NCBI GenBank assembly: GCA_965207885.1
Contig: OZ242311.1
Location: forward strand, 1,024,001 to 1,088,000
Direction: 5' to 3'
Source: Candidatus Latescibacterota bacterium
GTDB taxonomy: Bacteria > Latescibacterota > UBA2968
Length of the DNA stretch: 64,000 nt
The translations under genes and the position numbers were made by a program. This document shows, one piece after another, positions 32,437 through 43,270 of this stretch (position 1 is its first letter; every line of letters starts with the position of its first letter). Below the pieces are notes generated by a model. It searched no databases. It had not been told where the DNA came from and worked only from the letters and a program-made list of their open reading frames with translations.

Positions 32437-33825
32437 TCACTTCACACTTCCTACTTCACACTTCTGTACTTCATCTACAACTTCAGCGAGTACTTGTAAG
32501 CCGTCTTCGAGCGCGTCTTGTTCAATGGTCAATGGCGGAGAGATTTTTACGGTTTGTCCCCACGCGCCCACAGGAGCAAAGAATAGCAATCCTTTGTGAA
32601 AACATCGCAGTACAATTTCGTGCGCCAGGTCCGGGTCGGGTTCTTTTTGTCCGGCTTTTACCATTTGTACACCGCCTACGAGTCCTTTGCAGGTTACGTG
32701 CCCGACCACGTCGGGATGTGCAGTTTGGATTTTTTTGATTCCTTCCATCAATACTGGTTCGAGGCGCGCTGCATTGCCGGTTAAGTCGTCATTTACGATT
32801 TTTTTCAGGCTGGCGAGTGCCGCTGCACAACAGACGGGGTTGCCCGTGTGGGTGCTTGTCATTGATCCGGGGGGGTATAAGTCCATGACTTCGGATTTGC
32901 CGATTACGCCCGATAGAGGAAGTGAACTGCTTACGCCTTTGCCAAAGCAGATGAGGTCGGGTATTACGCCATAGTGCTCAAATCCCCACATTTTGCCGGT
33001 GCGACCAAATCCCGCCTGTATTTCGTCAAAGATTAAGAGAGCATTGTGTGCTTTGCACCATTCAGATAGTGCCTGTACGTACGCTACGGGCGCGAAATCA
33101 GGTCCCACGCCCTGATATGTTTCGAGCATGACACCGCATACATCGTCTGCATTTAGTCCTTTGTCTTTGAGTGTAGAGCAGAAGAAGTCGAAGTCCACGT
33201 TTTCTGTCCAATACCCGTCGGGAAAGGGGACCTGTACGATGGCGGGGTCTTCGTTGCCGATCCAGTCTTTTTGTCCGGGCATGCCGCCGACTTGCTGGGC
33301 ACCCATTGTACGTCCGTGAAATCCGCGTTCAAATCCCACAAAGCCGATTTTCTTTTTTCCTCCGATTGTAATGCCGTATGTTCGCGCCAGTTTTAAGGCG
33401 TTTTCCGTGCTTTCAGATCCGGTTGTTAGTAGAAATGCTTTGTCTAACCCTTCTGGTGCCAGATCCGCCAGAAATTCGACGAGTTGCGCCCGTTCTTCGC
33501 TCGGGAATACGTAGTTGTGCAGTAGCCCGGTGCCTACCTGATCTACGATTGCACGCCGCACTTCGGGCATGCCGTGTCCGGCATTGGTGACGAGTACGCC
33601 GGAGCTCCAGTCGAGCCACATGTTGCCGTATTTGTCATAGACCTGACAATCTTCTGCGCGGTCCCATACAATGGGCGGTTGTCCGCGCATGGAGATGGGT
33701 TCTACCCGGTGCAGGGTTTCCAAAGTTGCTACCGAGTCTGGGTGGGGCACAGGGGTCACGATGCGGCGATATTTTGTATCGACTTTTGGTACGTTAACAG
33801 GGGTGATGTCGAATTCTTTTCCCAT
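32437..33825 (-). CDS. Class III PLP aminotransferase (GabT-like)
   Basis: GSESTENALK, FHGRT, FDEIQAGFGRTG, FGKG and THTGNP motifs. Confidence 0.9.
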   Translation of the reverse strand: MGKEFDITPVNVPKVDTKYRRIVTPVPHPDSVATLETLHRVEPISMRGQPPIVWDRAEDCQVYDKYGNMWLDWSSGVLVTNAGHGMPEVRRAIVDQVGTGLLHNYVFPSEERAQLVEFLADLAPEGLDKAFLLTTGSESTENALKLARTYGITIGGKKKIGFVGFERGFHGRTMGAQQVGGMPGQKDWIGNEDPAIVQVPFPDGYWTENVDFDFFCSTLKDKGLNADDVCGVMLETYQGVGPDFAPVAYVQALSEWCKAHNALLIFDEIQAGFGRTGKMWGFEHYGVIPDLICFGKGVSSSLPLSGVIGKSEVMDLYPPGSMTSTHTGNPVCCAAALASLKKIVNDDLTGNAARLEPVLMEGIKKIQTAHPDVVGHVTCKGLVGGVQMVKAGQKEPDPDLAHEIVLRCFHKGLLFFAPVGAWGQTVKISPPLTIEQDALEDGLQVLAEVVDEVQKCEVGSVK

Positions 33826-35108
33826 TACACTGGCCTATCGTATATTTTTTCAAATACTGCGTCGGGTCCGTCAGATGCGCGGTTGGGATCGACGATGGTG
33901 ATGCCGTCTGCGCCGAATTGCGCTGTGACTGTGGCGCCTTTGCCTTCGCGCATGTATTCAAAATTGCGGTCGCGGACAATGCGCGCAGCATCTACGATCG
34001 CCGTGGTGATCCGCCCGTCTTCAGCCGTGGGATAGATTTCTTTTACGTCTGATAGGGTTTCACCCAGGAATTCGACGCGACATATTGCGACGAGTGCCAC
34101 GATGATGCTGTCTGTGCCATATCCCACATAGACTTCTGAGCCGTCGGGGCGTTTGACGTTGCGGGTAAAGTGGTTGTTTGAACTCTGGCTGCCGCCGTCT
34201 GCGTACCAGAATCGAAATCCGCGATATTGCTGGTCGGATTCCACTTTGCCGTCGGTGCCGACTATTTCGTGTCCCTGATTGACAGGTCCTTCAAAATCGT
34301 CGGGGGTGATCCAGTTGTTGTGGAAGTAAATGCTCATGCCATTGTCGAAATCTACGCGTACCTGGACGGCGTCATAAGCGTCAATTCCGTCGCGTATGAG
34401 GCGTTTTTTTTGCCCTACGGCTGTGAGGGATACGGGTTTGCTGCGGTAGTAGTTGTAAAATAGATCGACCCAATGGGGTCCCACATAGGAGAAGGGGTCG
34501 CTTTCTTCTGCCCACTTAAATGTGGTGGTGGATACTTCGAGGGGTTCTTCCAGCATGGCGAGCCCGTAAATGGGGTCGCCGATGCGATTGGCGATGTCGT
34601 GTTCGATGCGCATGTGATCCGGGTCGTAGCGTTTGTGCATATCTACCGCGCATACCAGTCCTTTTTTATTGGCGAGTTCGATCATTTCATCGGCTTCGTG
34701 GACCGATAAACACATCGGTTTTTCGGTGATGACATGGGTGCCGTTGTTCAGTGCTGCGAGTACCACAGGTGTATGCAGGTTGTCGGGTGTGGCAACGGCC
34801 ATTACGTCGAGGTCCGGAAAGTCGCTCAATACATCTTCCCAGGGGGTTTCGCCCCAATAGGGTGCGGGCGCGTGTCCGGTCCATTGCTCAAAGTTGGCTT
34901 TTGCGCGTTGTGCGGATGCTTCGCTGCGCGTGGCTACTGCAACGAGATCAAATTCGATGTCTGCAAGGTCGCGCGCCCAGGCGTCGAGTCCCACTCGTCC
35001 CATCAGGCCGCTGATGCCGTTGCGCTGCAGATCCGCAAATGCCCGGGCGTGAACATCGCCGCCAAACATCCCGGCACCAATCAATGCTATTGTTACTTTT
35101 TTTGCCAT
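33825..35108 (-). CDS. Gfo/Idh/MocA oxidoreductase
   Basis: IGAGMFG, ATPDNLH, TEKP and HKRYDP motifs. Confidence 0.85.
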   Translation of the reverse strand: MAKKVTIALIGAGMFGGDVHARAFADLQRNGISGLMGRVGLDAWARDLADIEFDLVAVATRSEASAQRAKANFEQWTGHAPAPYWGETPWEDVLSDFPDLDVMAVATPDNLHTPVVLAALNNGTHVITEKPMCLSVHEADEMIELANKKGLVCAVDMHKRYDPDHMRIEHDIANRIGDPIYGLAMLEEPLEVSTTTFKWAEESDPFSYVGPHWVDLFYNYYRSKPVSLTAVGQKKRLIRDGIDAYDAVQVRVDFDNGMSIYFHNNWITPDDFEGPVNQGHEIVGTDGKVESDQQYRGFRFWYADGGSQSSNNHFTRNVKRPDGSEVYVGYGTDSIIVALVAICRVEFLGETLSDVKEIYPTAEDGRITTAIVDAARIVRDRNFEYMREGKGATVTAQFGADGITIVDPNRASDGPDAVFEKIYDRPV

Positions 35109-35362
35109 TAAATACTCCATTCTGGATCAGGTGTACACCATTCTACAGGATTTACGGGTCGCTAATTTACAAAGAGATTGAGAAAATTCAATAGAAAGAT
35201 GTACAACGGCAATAGCAGTTTACAAAAATGCAAGGTTGTGATACGGGTTTGAGATTTGTGTAATATTGAGTATCTTTAAGAATTATCAAGAAGAGCATTC
35301 TGGTTAAAATTTATTGAATGATACCCTCACCTCTGATCATAATGAAACCAAAGGAATAAAAA

Positions 35363-35614
35363 ATGCAGATGATTCAGATTGAAGTGCCAGAAGAGATCTT
35401 TCTGTCCTTAAAAGAGACACCTGAAGAATTTACCCAGGAGGTCCGCATGGCCGCCGCGGCCAAGCTCTATGAAATGGGTAAGATGTCTTCCGGGCATGCG
35501 GCTGAATTCGCTGGCATGTCGCGCATCCAGTTTCTTCAAAATATGGGTCACTACAGCGTGTCTGTATTTGATATGACAGATGAAGAATTAGAACAGGATC
35601 TCCAAAATGCCTGA
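35363..35614 (+). CDS. UPF0175 family putative antitoxin
   Basis: LYEMGKMSSGHAAEFAGMSR HTH; overlaps the downstream PIN gene. Confidence 0.85.
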   Translation: MQMIQIEVPEEIFLSLKETPEEFTQEVRMAAAAKLYEMGKMSSGHAAEFAGMSRIQFLQNMGHYSVSVFDMTDEELEQDLQNA

Positions 35615-36092
35615 GGTCGTGATCAGCAATACATCGCCGATCTTTTACCTCCATCGACTTCGTCTTCTCGATCTGCTTCAAGAACTCTATCAGAAGATTA
35701 TTGTTCCAAAAGCAGTTGTAGTAGAATTGGAGATAGGACGCAGACAAGGCGAAGATGTGCCAGAGATAGACAATTATGAATGGATTGAAACCCGAGCCAT
35801 TCAGGCACCTCAAATTTTGGGATTGAGTACAGACTTTGGCTCAGGTGAAGCGGAGGTGTTGGCTTTAGCATTAGAAGAATCGGATAGTCTGGTTATTATT
35901 GATGAAAAACTCGCAAGAAAAATAGCTCGTCTGCGAGGTTTACGAGTAACAGGTACAGCAGGTGTATTACTCAAAGCCAAACAAGAGGGTTATATCTCGG
36001 CGGTAAAACCTTTACTTGATCAGTTGCAAGAGATACATTTTCATCTCAGCGATAATGTGAGGACTCTAATTTTGAGTAAAGCTGGAGAATAA
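35607..36092 (+). CDS. DUF3368 PIN-domain putative toxin
   Basis: ISNTSP, GEAEVLALA, IIDEKLAR and TGTAGVL motifs. Confidence 0.88.
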   Translation: MPEVVISNTSPIFYLHRLRLLDLLQELYQKIIVPKAVVVELEIGRRQGEDVPEIDNYEWIETRAIQAPQILGLSTDFGSGEAEVLALALEESDSLVIIDEKLARKIARLRGLRVTGTAGVLLKAKQEGYISAVKPLLDQLQEIHFHLSDNVRTLILSKAGE

Positions 36093-36128
36093 CGAGTTCT
36101 AAAGAGTGCTGACATATTGTTTTTTTGG

Positions 36129-36156
36129 AGGCTACGAGATTAATAGTAGCCTTTTT
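36129..36156 (+). terminator. Intrinsic terminator of the TA operon
   Basis: AGGCTAC / GTAGCCT stem plus T run. Confidence 0.55.
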
Positions 36157-36161
36157 GTTTT

Positions 36162-36941
36162 TTAGACATGTGCGCGCAAGAACGATAGGTCGGCTTTCGC
36201 CGCTGCCCAGAGGTCGTCCATGTTTTCGCCGGGTTCGCGCGTTCCTTTGGAAAATTCGACGGTGATGGAGCCAGAGAATTTGTATTCGGCCATCAGGTCC
36301 AGTGCCGTTTGAGCGCGTTCGGGATGGTCGTGGAGCAATTGGACATTGGTGTTTTCATCGCGCAATTGCGTGTGTGCGTGTGTGACTTTGGGACCAAAGA
36401 GGTCGAACCATCGCTTCAGGATATCCATTTCGGGGATGAAGCAGTGTACGATGATTTCCCAGCCTTCGATGCCCAGGTCATCGAAGAATGCCCTGGCGTC
36501 ATCGGGGTGTTCAACGATTGTGCCCGGGTGACATTCGCAGAGCAGTGTACAGGTTTGTGGGACTTGTTCGCGCCAGGCGCGCAGGTTGTTCAAATAGGTT
36601 TCGCGCAGGGCAGGATCTTTGCCCACGTTGAATTTTACGCCGGTTGAGCCGAATAGGCCGATCATTTCTGCTGCGTTTTGTCGCGCATCGGAAGAGTTGT
36701 CGTCAAAGTCGCAATACGTGTTGTAGATGGTTGCGGGGAAATTAGAGGATAGCAATTTTTCGCGTTCGGCGTCTGAACACAGTGTGGCGTGATATTCCCA
36801 GAGTTCCATTCCGTCAAATCCGGCTTTCAGAAAGCGGTCAGTCCAATCGCTTACTTCGTAGGTCGGTGTTTTGGGATCGCCCCAGCGGTTGAGGTCCAGG
36901 AGTATGGAGCCGATCAAGATTTGTCCATTGCGATTTGACAT
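36162..36941 (-). CDS. Sugar phosphate isomerase/epimerase-like TIM barrel
   Basis: GFDGMELW, ECHPGT and TVEF motifs. Confidence 0.7.
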   Translation of the reverse strand: MSNRNGQILIGSILLDLNRWGDPKTPTYEVSDWTDRFLKAGFDGMELWEYHATLCSDAEREKLLSSNFPATIYNTYCDFDDNSSDARQNAAEMIGLFGSTGVKFNVGKDPALRETYLNNLRAWREQVPQTCTLLCECHPGTIVEHPDDARAFFDDLGIEGWEIIVHCFIPEMDILKRWFDLFGPKVTHAHTQLRDENTNVQLLHDHPERAQTALDLMAEYKFSGSITVEFSKGTREPGENMDDLWAAAKADLSFLRAHV

Positions 36942-36960
36942 GTTCTATCTCCATTAGAAT

Positions 36961-37050
36961 AAAAAGCGCGAATCAACGAATCAACGAATCGAAGTTCGTA
37001 GTGATTTTGAGTGGTTGAGCGGGGTTCGTCTATTCGTCTATTCGTTGATT
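36961..37050. repeat. ~90-bp element with inverted 8-mer tandem arms, copy 1
   Basis: AAAAAGCGCGAAT(CAACGAAT)2...GCGGGGTTCGT(CTATTCGT)2; homologous to 59678-59777. Confidence 0.75.
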
Positions 37051-37061
37051 TCCCTGCCTAT

Positions 37062-37928
37062 TTACGGACTCCAATTTCTCATCAACCGACGCCAGACTTT
37101 TATAATCTCGTTCTTTTCCCGGATGGCATCCTGCCAGATGTCGGGGAAACAGGCGAGCGCATATCCAGAGCCCTGTGGTCCCAGTTCGGGTACGATATGG
37201 AGTATTTTGCCCGGTTTTGCGCCCTGTAACCACGCTTCGAGGGCGGGTTCCAGGTAATTTGTCAGCCAGATTTTGAAATCGCGATCCAATCGCCCTTTGC
37301 CATTTGTTACCGGGGTCTGACAATGGCTGCCCGTAAAGGGACGAAAGTGGATGAGTTCGTGCATTTGCAAGAGGTCGGTGCGTTCCGATAGCCGCTCCCA
37401 GTATTCGTGCGGGCGGAGTTGTTTGATGATTGCCGGGTGCGAGTGGTCGAAGTTCATTCGCAGTTTCTTTTTGTATTTTTTTCGGTACGCATCGGCCAGT
37501 GCAAAGGCTTTTTCCGGTGTTTCTGTACAGGTGTCGCGATGGATCTCGATTGCGGGTGTGACTTTGTGCTTTTTTCCGGCTTTTACGACTGCTCGCGCGA
37601 CTTTTACCGCAGCTTTTGTTTTCGTGTCGTGGTCGCACAATTGGACGTTGATGTGAATCACGCCTATGTCGGCAAATGCTTTCATTTTTGCGTCGGCTTC
37701 TTTTTTGCTGCCTACATCTACCCCACCTACCATTTCCAATCCCTGTTTGTGCAATTCTGCGGCTAACTCGGCGTCGGCTCCAGACGACATGCCGTGAAAT
37801 CCCGCTTCTTTCACTTTTCGCACTTTGGTCTGAATAGTCCAGGGGTTTCTTGCAGATGGGTAATCTCTCAATGACCAGTCTGCTGCCATGATTTTAATTT
37901 TTGGTTTTTGAACTGGTTTTTTCGCCAT
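37062..37928 (-). CDS. Xylose isomerase-like TIM barrel protein
   Basis: EIHRDTCTE, FDHSH and PELGP motifs. Confidence 0.7.
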   Translation of the reverse strand: MAKKPVQKPKIKIMAADWSLRDYPSARNPWTIQTKVRKVKEAGFHGMSSGADAELAAELHKQGLEMVGGVDVGSKKEADAKMKAFADIGVIHINVQLCDHDTKTKAAVKVARAVVKAGKKHKVTPAIEIHRDTCTETPEKAFALADAYRKKYKKKLRMNFDHSHPAIIKQLRPHEYWERLSERTDLLQMHELIHFRPFTGSHCQTPVTNGKGRLDRDFKIWLTNYLEPALEAWLQGAKPGKILHIVPELGPQGSGYALACFPDIWQDAIREKNEIIKVWRRLMRNWSP

Positions 37929-37966
37929 ATAACACCTCCGCGACAATGAATACAAATTCTGGTTTT

Positions 37967-39424
37967 TTACATGGGTCCAATGCGTTCTGGTCCTCTGTCC
38001 ATTGCGAGCATTGACGCATCAAAGCTGCGTTGCATTAAGTCGAGTTTTACATCTGCATGATCGGGATTGTCCCACAGATTGTCAAATTCGTCTGGATCCT
38101 CCTGTAAGTCGTAGAGTTCGCCCAGGCCATGCCCGTGATAGACCACGAGTTTGTACCGACGGTTGCGATACATTGTGGCAAATGTTCCGTCGGCTTGATC
38201 GAGTGCATCGTAATATTCACAGCGCACGAAATCGCGGTGTTCGTCGGGGGGTTGATCACCGCTGAGCATGGGTGATAGAGAATGCGGTTGCATTCGTTCG
38301 GGCACTTCTATGCCAGCGAGTTCCAGCAAGAGGGGAGCTATGTCGCGCAATTCGACGAGTGCATCGCTTTTTTGTTCCGATTTTACGTGGCCCGGCCATG
38401 AGAAAATGAGCGGTACGCGCACCAGTCCTTCGTAAAAACGGCATCCCTTTTGAATCAGGCCGTGGTCTCCGAGAGTTTCGCCGTGGTCGCTGGTGAAGAT
38501 AATCAATGTGTTGTCGCGCTGTCCAGTTTCTTCCAGTGCGGTTATTATGCGTCCGAGTTGATCGTCGATTAGTTTGATCATGGCGTAATAGGCGGCAATG
38601 AGTGTTTTTGCATCGCGTTTTCCGGCTGATTCAGATTCGTGCAATCCGCGCGTCGGTGTTCTGGGGATTACAGGGCTTCTGATATCCAGTTCATCGGGAT
38701 GCCGCCCTTTGGACTGGAAGTCGATGGCTTCCAATTTTTCCTGTTGCGCGAGATCGCTTTCTCGAAATAGGGGGCCGTTTACCTGTTCGGGATCGAACAT
38801 TTCGCGGTACGTTTTTGGAGGATTAAATGGCGGATGTGGGTCGTAGATGTTCACAGAGGCCAACCAGGGGCCATCGCGCTGTTCGCTCAAAAATTCGATG
38901 GTTTTTTCCGCACACCACGTGGTCTGGTGCAGTTCTGCGGGTACGCCATCGGGACTTTTGATGAGTTCGCCCAGGATTTCGCCTTTTGATCGCACCCAGT
39001 CGGCATAATCGTGTCCGGTTTCCCAGTCGTCCCGGGGCGCGTGGCTGTATTGCCAGTAGCGGTATCCGTCATCTGTTCTTTTTTCAATGCGCCCATGCGC
39101 GCTCGATAAGTGCAATTTGCCGATTAGTCCGCAGTCGTATCCGTTGTCTGCGAGTATTTTGGTGACCAAGGGGGGCGCGTCTGGGAAATGCGAGTTGCCA
39201 TTGCCGTTTACGTGTACGGCGCTGGCGTATTGTCCGGTCAAAAAACTCGTCCGACTGGGTGTGCAAATCGGACTCTGGCAATAGGCATGGGTAAATGCAA
39301 ATCCTTCAGCGATCAGGCGGTCGATATTGGGGGTATCCACATGGGGATTGCCCAATGCACCAATGGTGTCATATCGCTGCTGGTCTGTACAGATCCACAA
39401 GATGTTTGGTTTTGTTCCTTTCAT
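37967..39424 (-). CDS. Sulfatase (Cys-type)
   Basis: PNILWICTDQQR, CTPSR, GKLH and SDHGE motifs. Confidence 0.92.
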   Translation of the reverse strand: MKGTKPNILWICTDQQRYDTIGALGNPHVDTPNIDRLIAEGFAFTHAYCQSPICTPSRTSFLTGQYASAVHVNGNGNSHFPDAPPLVTKILADNGYDCGLIGKLHLSSAHGRIEKRTDDGYRYWQYSHAPRDDWETGHDYADWVRSKGEILGELIKSPDGVPAELHQTTWCAEKTIEFLSEQRDGPWLASVNIYDPHPPFNPPKTYREMFDPEQVNGPLFRESDLAQQEKLEAIDFQSKGRHPDELDIRSPVIPRTPTRGLHESESAGKRDAKTLIAAYYAMIKLIDDQLGRIITALEETGQRDNTLIIFTSDHGETLGDHGLIQKGCRFYEGLVRVPLIFSWPGHVKSEQKSDALVELRDIAPLLLELAGIEVPERMQPHSLSPMLSGDQPPDEHRDFVRCEYYDALDQADGTFATMYRNRRYKLVVYHGHGLGELYDLQEDPDEFDNLWDNPDHADVKLDLMQRSFDASMLAMDRGPERIGPM

Positions 39425-40272
39425 ATATGCTCCTTTTTGCAATCTACTAATTTTACGCCTTTTTTCATCCATTCGCGCAGGCGCGTTATGTCATTCACGG
39501 CTCGCAATGCGATGTTGCGCGATGCCTGATGGAGGTCTAATTTGCGGATTATGATTTCGTCGGTGAATATGCCAGCTTCGGTTATGACGTTGCCATTTGG
39601 GTGGATGATTTTTGATTCGCCGTGGGAAGATCCCGCACGGTTGATGTCCATAGGGTCGGCAGGGGCGTTTGCCATGACGACGTAGATGTCATTTTCGGTT
39701 GCGCGGCTGATGGGCATGGCGCGATAGGCCGACAATTTGTGCTCTGAGGTGACAGAGCTTTCACAACTTGAGAAGAAGCAGATTTTTGCACCGGCTGCGG
39801 CGGGCAATCTCACGAGTTCGGGATATCGAATGTCGTGACAGATTAAAAAACAACAGGGTATGCCGCACAAGTGATAAATGGGCAGGTGTTGCGCGGGTTC
39901 ACACCATTTTTCACCCGCCAGATGTATTTTGCCATAGCGTCCCTTTATGGTGCCATCGCGATCTATGACGAGCAGGCTGTTGTAGCGTTGTCCGTTTTCG
40001 AGATGTGTTGAGCCTACGATTGCGGCAATGCCTTTTTCACGGCATACCTTTATAATTTGTTGTTCGGCTCTTTCAATGCGCGTTTGATCCAGGCTTGACC
40101 AGAAGTCGGGGCAGTTGGTATAGCCGTATAAAATCCCTTCGTGAAATGCGGCTATTTCCACTTTTTCACGCGCACAGGTGTTTAGACGGTCGATAATCTC
40201 ACATGTGTTTTTTTCGATGTTCTCATCGGCATGCATTTGACATGCGGCAACGCGCAACCATTTTTTGGACAT
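39421..40272 (-). CDS. Carbon-nitrogen hydrolase (nitrilase superfamily)
   Basis: E-K-C triad: FHEG, GKIHL, ICHDIRYPE. Confidence 0.88.
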   Translation of the reverse strand: MSKKWLRVAACQMHADENIEKNTCEIIDRLNTCAREKVEIAAFHEGILYGYTNCPDFWSSLDQTRIERAEQQIIKVCREKGIAAIVGSTHLENGQRYNSLLVIDRDGTIKGRYGKIHLAGEKWCEPAQHLPIYHLCGIPCCFLICHDIRYPELVRLPAAAGAKICFFSSCESSVTSEHKLSAYRAMPISRATENDIYVVMANAPADPMDINRAGSSHGESKIIHPNGNVITEAGIFTDEIIIRKLDLHQASRNIALRAVNDITRLREWMKKGVKLVDCKKEHI

Positions 40273-40425
40273 GTTTTCCTCCGATCGATGGTCAGGCGCG
40301 AAATATAATGACTATTTTTTAAAAATGAAGGAATTTTTGGTTGTGGAGTAATATTTGGTTTGGCGTGTTTTGTGTGATATATTTTAGTGTTGGGATTGAC
40401 AACTAATAACCGAAAGGATTCGTTT

Positions 40426-42006
40426 ATGACTGGAATAAATCTGGAACGCTACAATATTACCAGGCCGCTTATTTTGCGCAATGCTTCGCCTGCGGTGCTT
40501 TACGAGGAGGCGCTGACCCACGAGACTGGATCGACTATTACGAGTACTGGGGCACTTATTGTGCGTTCGGGAGAAAAGACCGGGCGCAGTCCAGAGGATA
40601 AACGCATTGTGAATCATCCCGATAGTGTGGACGATATCTGGTGGGGTGAGGTCAATATTAAACTCGATGAGCACACGTTTCTGATTAATAGAGAGCGGGC
40701 TATCGATTATCTCAATGTTTGCGATCGCATTTATGTGGTTGATGGGTACGCGGGCTGGGATCCCAAGTATCGCATTAAGGTGCGGGTTGTTTGCGCCCGC
40801 GCGTACCACGCTCTGTTTATGCACAATATGCTTATGCGTCCCTCGCGTACAGAGCTTGAAAATTTTGGCGAGCCGGACTATGTCATTTTTAATGCTGGCA
40901 GATTTCCCGCGAACCGATATACAGCCGAGATGACTTCGACTACGAGTGTGGATGTGAGTTTTGAGTTGCGGGAAATGGTTATTTTGGGGACGGAATATGC
41001 GGGAGAGATGAAGAAAGGTGTTTTTACGGTTCTGAACTATATTTTGCCCAAGCAGGATATTTTGTCGATGCACTGTTCGGCTAATGTGGGTGCAGCGGGT
41101 GATACGGCGCTCTTTTTTGGTCTGTCTGGTACGGGAAAGACCACGCTTTCAGCCGAGCCTCAGCGTCGTTTGATCGGCGATGATGAACACGGGTGGAGTG
41201 ATCGCGGCATTTTCAATTTTGAGGGTGGTTGTTACGCCAAGTGCATTGGCCTTTCGCAAGCGCGCGAGCCAGAGATTTACAATGCGATCCGTTTTGGGAC
41301 GGTGCTCGAAAATGTCGTTTTTGACGAGCATACGCGCGTGATTAGTTACGACGATGATTCTATTACGGAAAATACGCGCGCGGCATATCCCATCGAGTAT
41401 ATTCCCAATGCACAAATCCCCTGTGTGGGTGGACATCCCAAAAATGTGATTTTTTTGACTTGCGATGCGTTTGGTGTTTTGCCTCCGGTGAGCAAGCTCA
41501 CGCCTGCACAGGCGATGTACCATTTTATCAGTGGTTATACGGCTAAGGTCGCGGGTACAGAGATGGGTGTTACCGAACCACAGGCTTCTTTTTCGGCCTG
41601 TTTTGGCGCGCCTTTTCTCGTGTGGCATCCGGGGAAATATGCCGAGCAACTGGCAGAAAAAATCCAGCAACACAATTCGGATGTGTGGCTGGTCAATACG
41701 GGCTGGTCGGGCGGTGGTTACGGGGTTGGCAAGCGCATTACACTGACCAATACCCGATCAATTATTCGAGCGATACACAATGGTGCTTTGACAGGTGTGG
41801 CGTGCGAGAAAGATCCGCGCTTTGGTTTCGAGGTTCCAAAGACCTGTCCAGATGTTACAGGTAGTATTTTGTCGCCGCGTGCGACGTGGTCTAATCCGTC
41901 TGAATACGATGCGAGGGCTACGAATCTGGCGCGGTTGTTTAAGGAGAATTTCAAGCAGTTTGAAGATGGGGTCAGCGATGAGATTCTGAAGGCGGGTCCT
42001 GTTTGA
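40426..42006 (+). CDS. pckA: Phosphoenolpyruvate carboxykinase (ATP)
   Basis: [34 protein letters not shown] and NFEGGCYAK motifs. Confidence 0.97.
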   Translation: MTGINLERYNITRPLILRNASPAVLYEEALTHETGSTITSTGALIVRSGEKTGRSPEDKRIVNHPDSVDDIWWGEVNIKLDEHTFLINRERAIDYLNVCDRIYVVDGYAGWDPKYRIKVRVVCARAYHALFMHNMLMRPSRTELENFGEPDYVIFNAGRFPANRYTAEMTSTTSVDVSFELREMVILGTEYAGEMKKGVFTVLNYILPKQDILSMHCSANVGAAGDTALFFGLSGTGKTTLSAEPQRRLIGDDEHGWSDRGIFNFEGGCYAKCIGLSQAREPEIYNAIRFGTVLENVVFDEHTRVISYDDDSITENTRAAYPIEYIPNAQIPCVGGHPKNVIFLTCDAFGVLPPVSKLTPAQAMYHFISGYTAKVAGTEMGVTEPQASFSACFGAPFLVWHPGKYAEQLAEKIQQHNSDVWLVNTGWSGGGYGVGKRITLTNTRSIIRAIHNGALTGVACEKDPRFGFEVPKTCPDVTGSILSPRATWSNPSEYDARATNLARLFKENFKQFEDGVSDEILKAGPV

Positions 42007-42011
42007 GGAGA

Positions 42012-43268
42012 TTACAAGTAGGGAATGACCAGTGGTCCATCGGGCAAGACGGCTACGCGATTATCCCGGGATTCCAGGTGCTCGTGTATCGCTTTGTTGA
42101 GGTCGGGTATGACCTGTAGTTTGCAGGCGCGGACCTCGTCCTTATTCATTTCGGTATAGACTTTTACGTTTACGCGGTCTAAGATGCCCGATAGAATTTG
42201 CGCCTGCCACTGGTCGAGGATCGGTTCGCGCGCATAGACCGATTCTATCACGTCTGCAGGTGTATGGCCTTCGCGCATCAATGCCGCAAAATTGCCGTGG
42301 TCGGGTACGCCATCGCTGCACGCACTGGCTACGAGGATTGTTCCGCCGTCGGTTACGATACGCGCTGCGGCTGAGATGCCTTTTACGGTTTGATACAGGT
42401 TTTGATCCAGGGGAAAGCCGCTGTTGGATGTTACGACCAGCGGGAAGGGTGTTTCGACAGGTACCATTGCCGAGGCTTTTACATCGGCGCATCCCTTTGC
42501 ATGGGCTTGGGAGAGATCGCCCGCGTAATATCCCGATATTTTCTTTTCTGCATTGAGTGTCACGTTGAGCAAAAAATCCGGGGGACATAGTGCGACGCAT
42601 TTGCGGATTTCCCGGTGTAGTGGGTTTTCGTGGAGTACGCCCCAGGTGCTGTTTGGGTCGGCGATGAGTTCGGCGCGATGTAGTCGGAAAATGGTTTCAA
42701 TGCTCGCCACACCGGGCGCGACGGCTTTTGGTCCGCCTGAGAAGCCCGCAAAGAAGTGCGGTTCGATAAATCCGAGGGCGATGCGCACATCTACGTTGAG
42801 GTATTCTTTGTTCAAAAATACGGTTGTTCCATCCGCAGTTTTGCCCACCTGTTCGTTTTGCGTTTCGCTAAATGCATCGTGGTTGACGATGCGTACGCGG
42901 CGAACCAGTTCTTCGCCAAACATTTCGACAATTTCGCGCTTTGTGTTTGGCCTGTGCGTGCCCGTGCCGATTAATACGGTTACCTGATCGGGGGATACGG
43001 GCAGTTCTTCGAGTAGCCATGGGATCAGTTGTTTGTTGGGCACGGGACGGGTGCCGTCGGATGTTGCGATTACGACGCGGTCTGAAGGCTTGACTATTTC
43101 TCTGAGCGGTTTTGTCCCGAGAGGGTGGCGCACGGCTTTGTGAAATAGCCGTTTGGAGTCTTCAAGTGCTGGTTCAAATGAGGGGCGGATTACGTCCCAT
43201 TGCGCGAGTTTGGGATCCGCACAAACAGATACGGCTCCTCGGCCATAAGGTATATCGATTTGTTTCAT
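42012..43268 (-). CDS. larA: LarA-family nickel-pincer racemase/epimerase
   Basis: DGTRP, GTHR, NHD, EPHFFAGFSGGPK and DQNLYQTVK motifs; substrate not determinable. Confidence 0.8.
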   Translation of the reverse strand: MKQIDIPYGRGAVSVCADPKLAQWDVIRPSFEPALEDSKRLFHKAVRHPLGTKPLREIVKPSDRVVIATSDGTRPVPNKQLIPWLLEELPVSPDQVTVLIGTGTHRPNTKREIVEMFGEELVRRVRIVNHDAFSETQNEQVGKTADGTTVFLNKEYLNVDVRIALGFIEPHFFAGFSGGPKAVAPGVASIETIFRLHRAELIADPNSTWGVLHENPLHREIRKCVALCPPDFLLNVTLNAEKKISGYYAGDLSQAHAKGCADVKASAMVPVETPFPLVVTSNSGFPLDQNLYQTVKGISAAARIVTDGGTILVASACSDGVPDHGNFAALMREGHTPADVIESVYAREPILDQWQAQILSGILDRVNVKVYTEMNKDEVRACKLQVIPDLNKAIHEHLESRDNRVAVLPDGPLVIPYL

Positions 43269-43270
43269 TT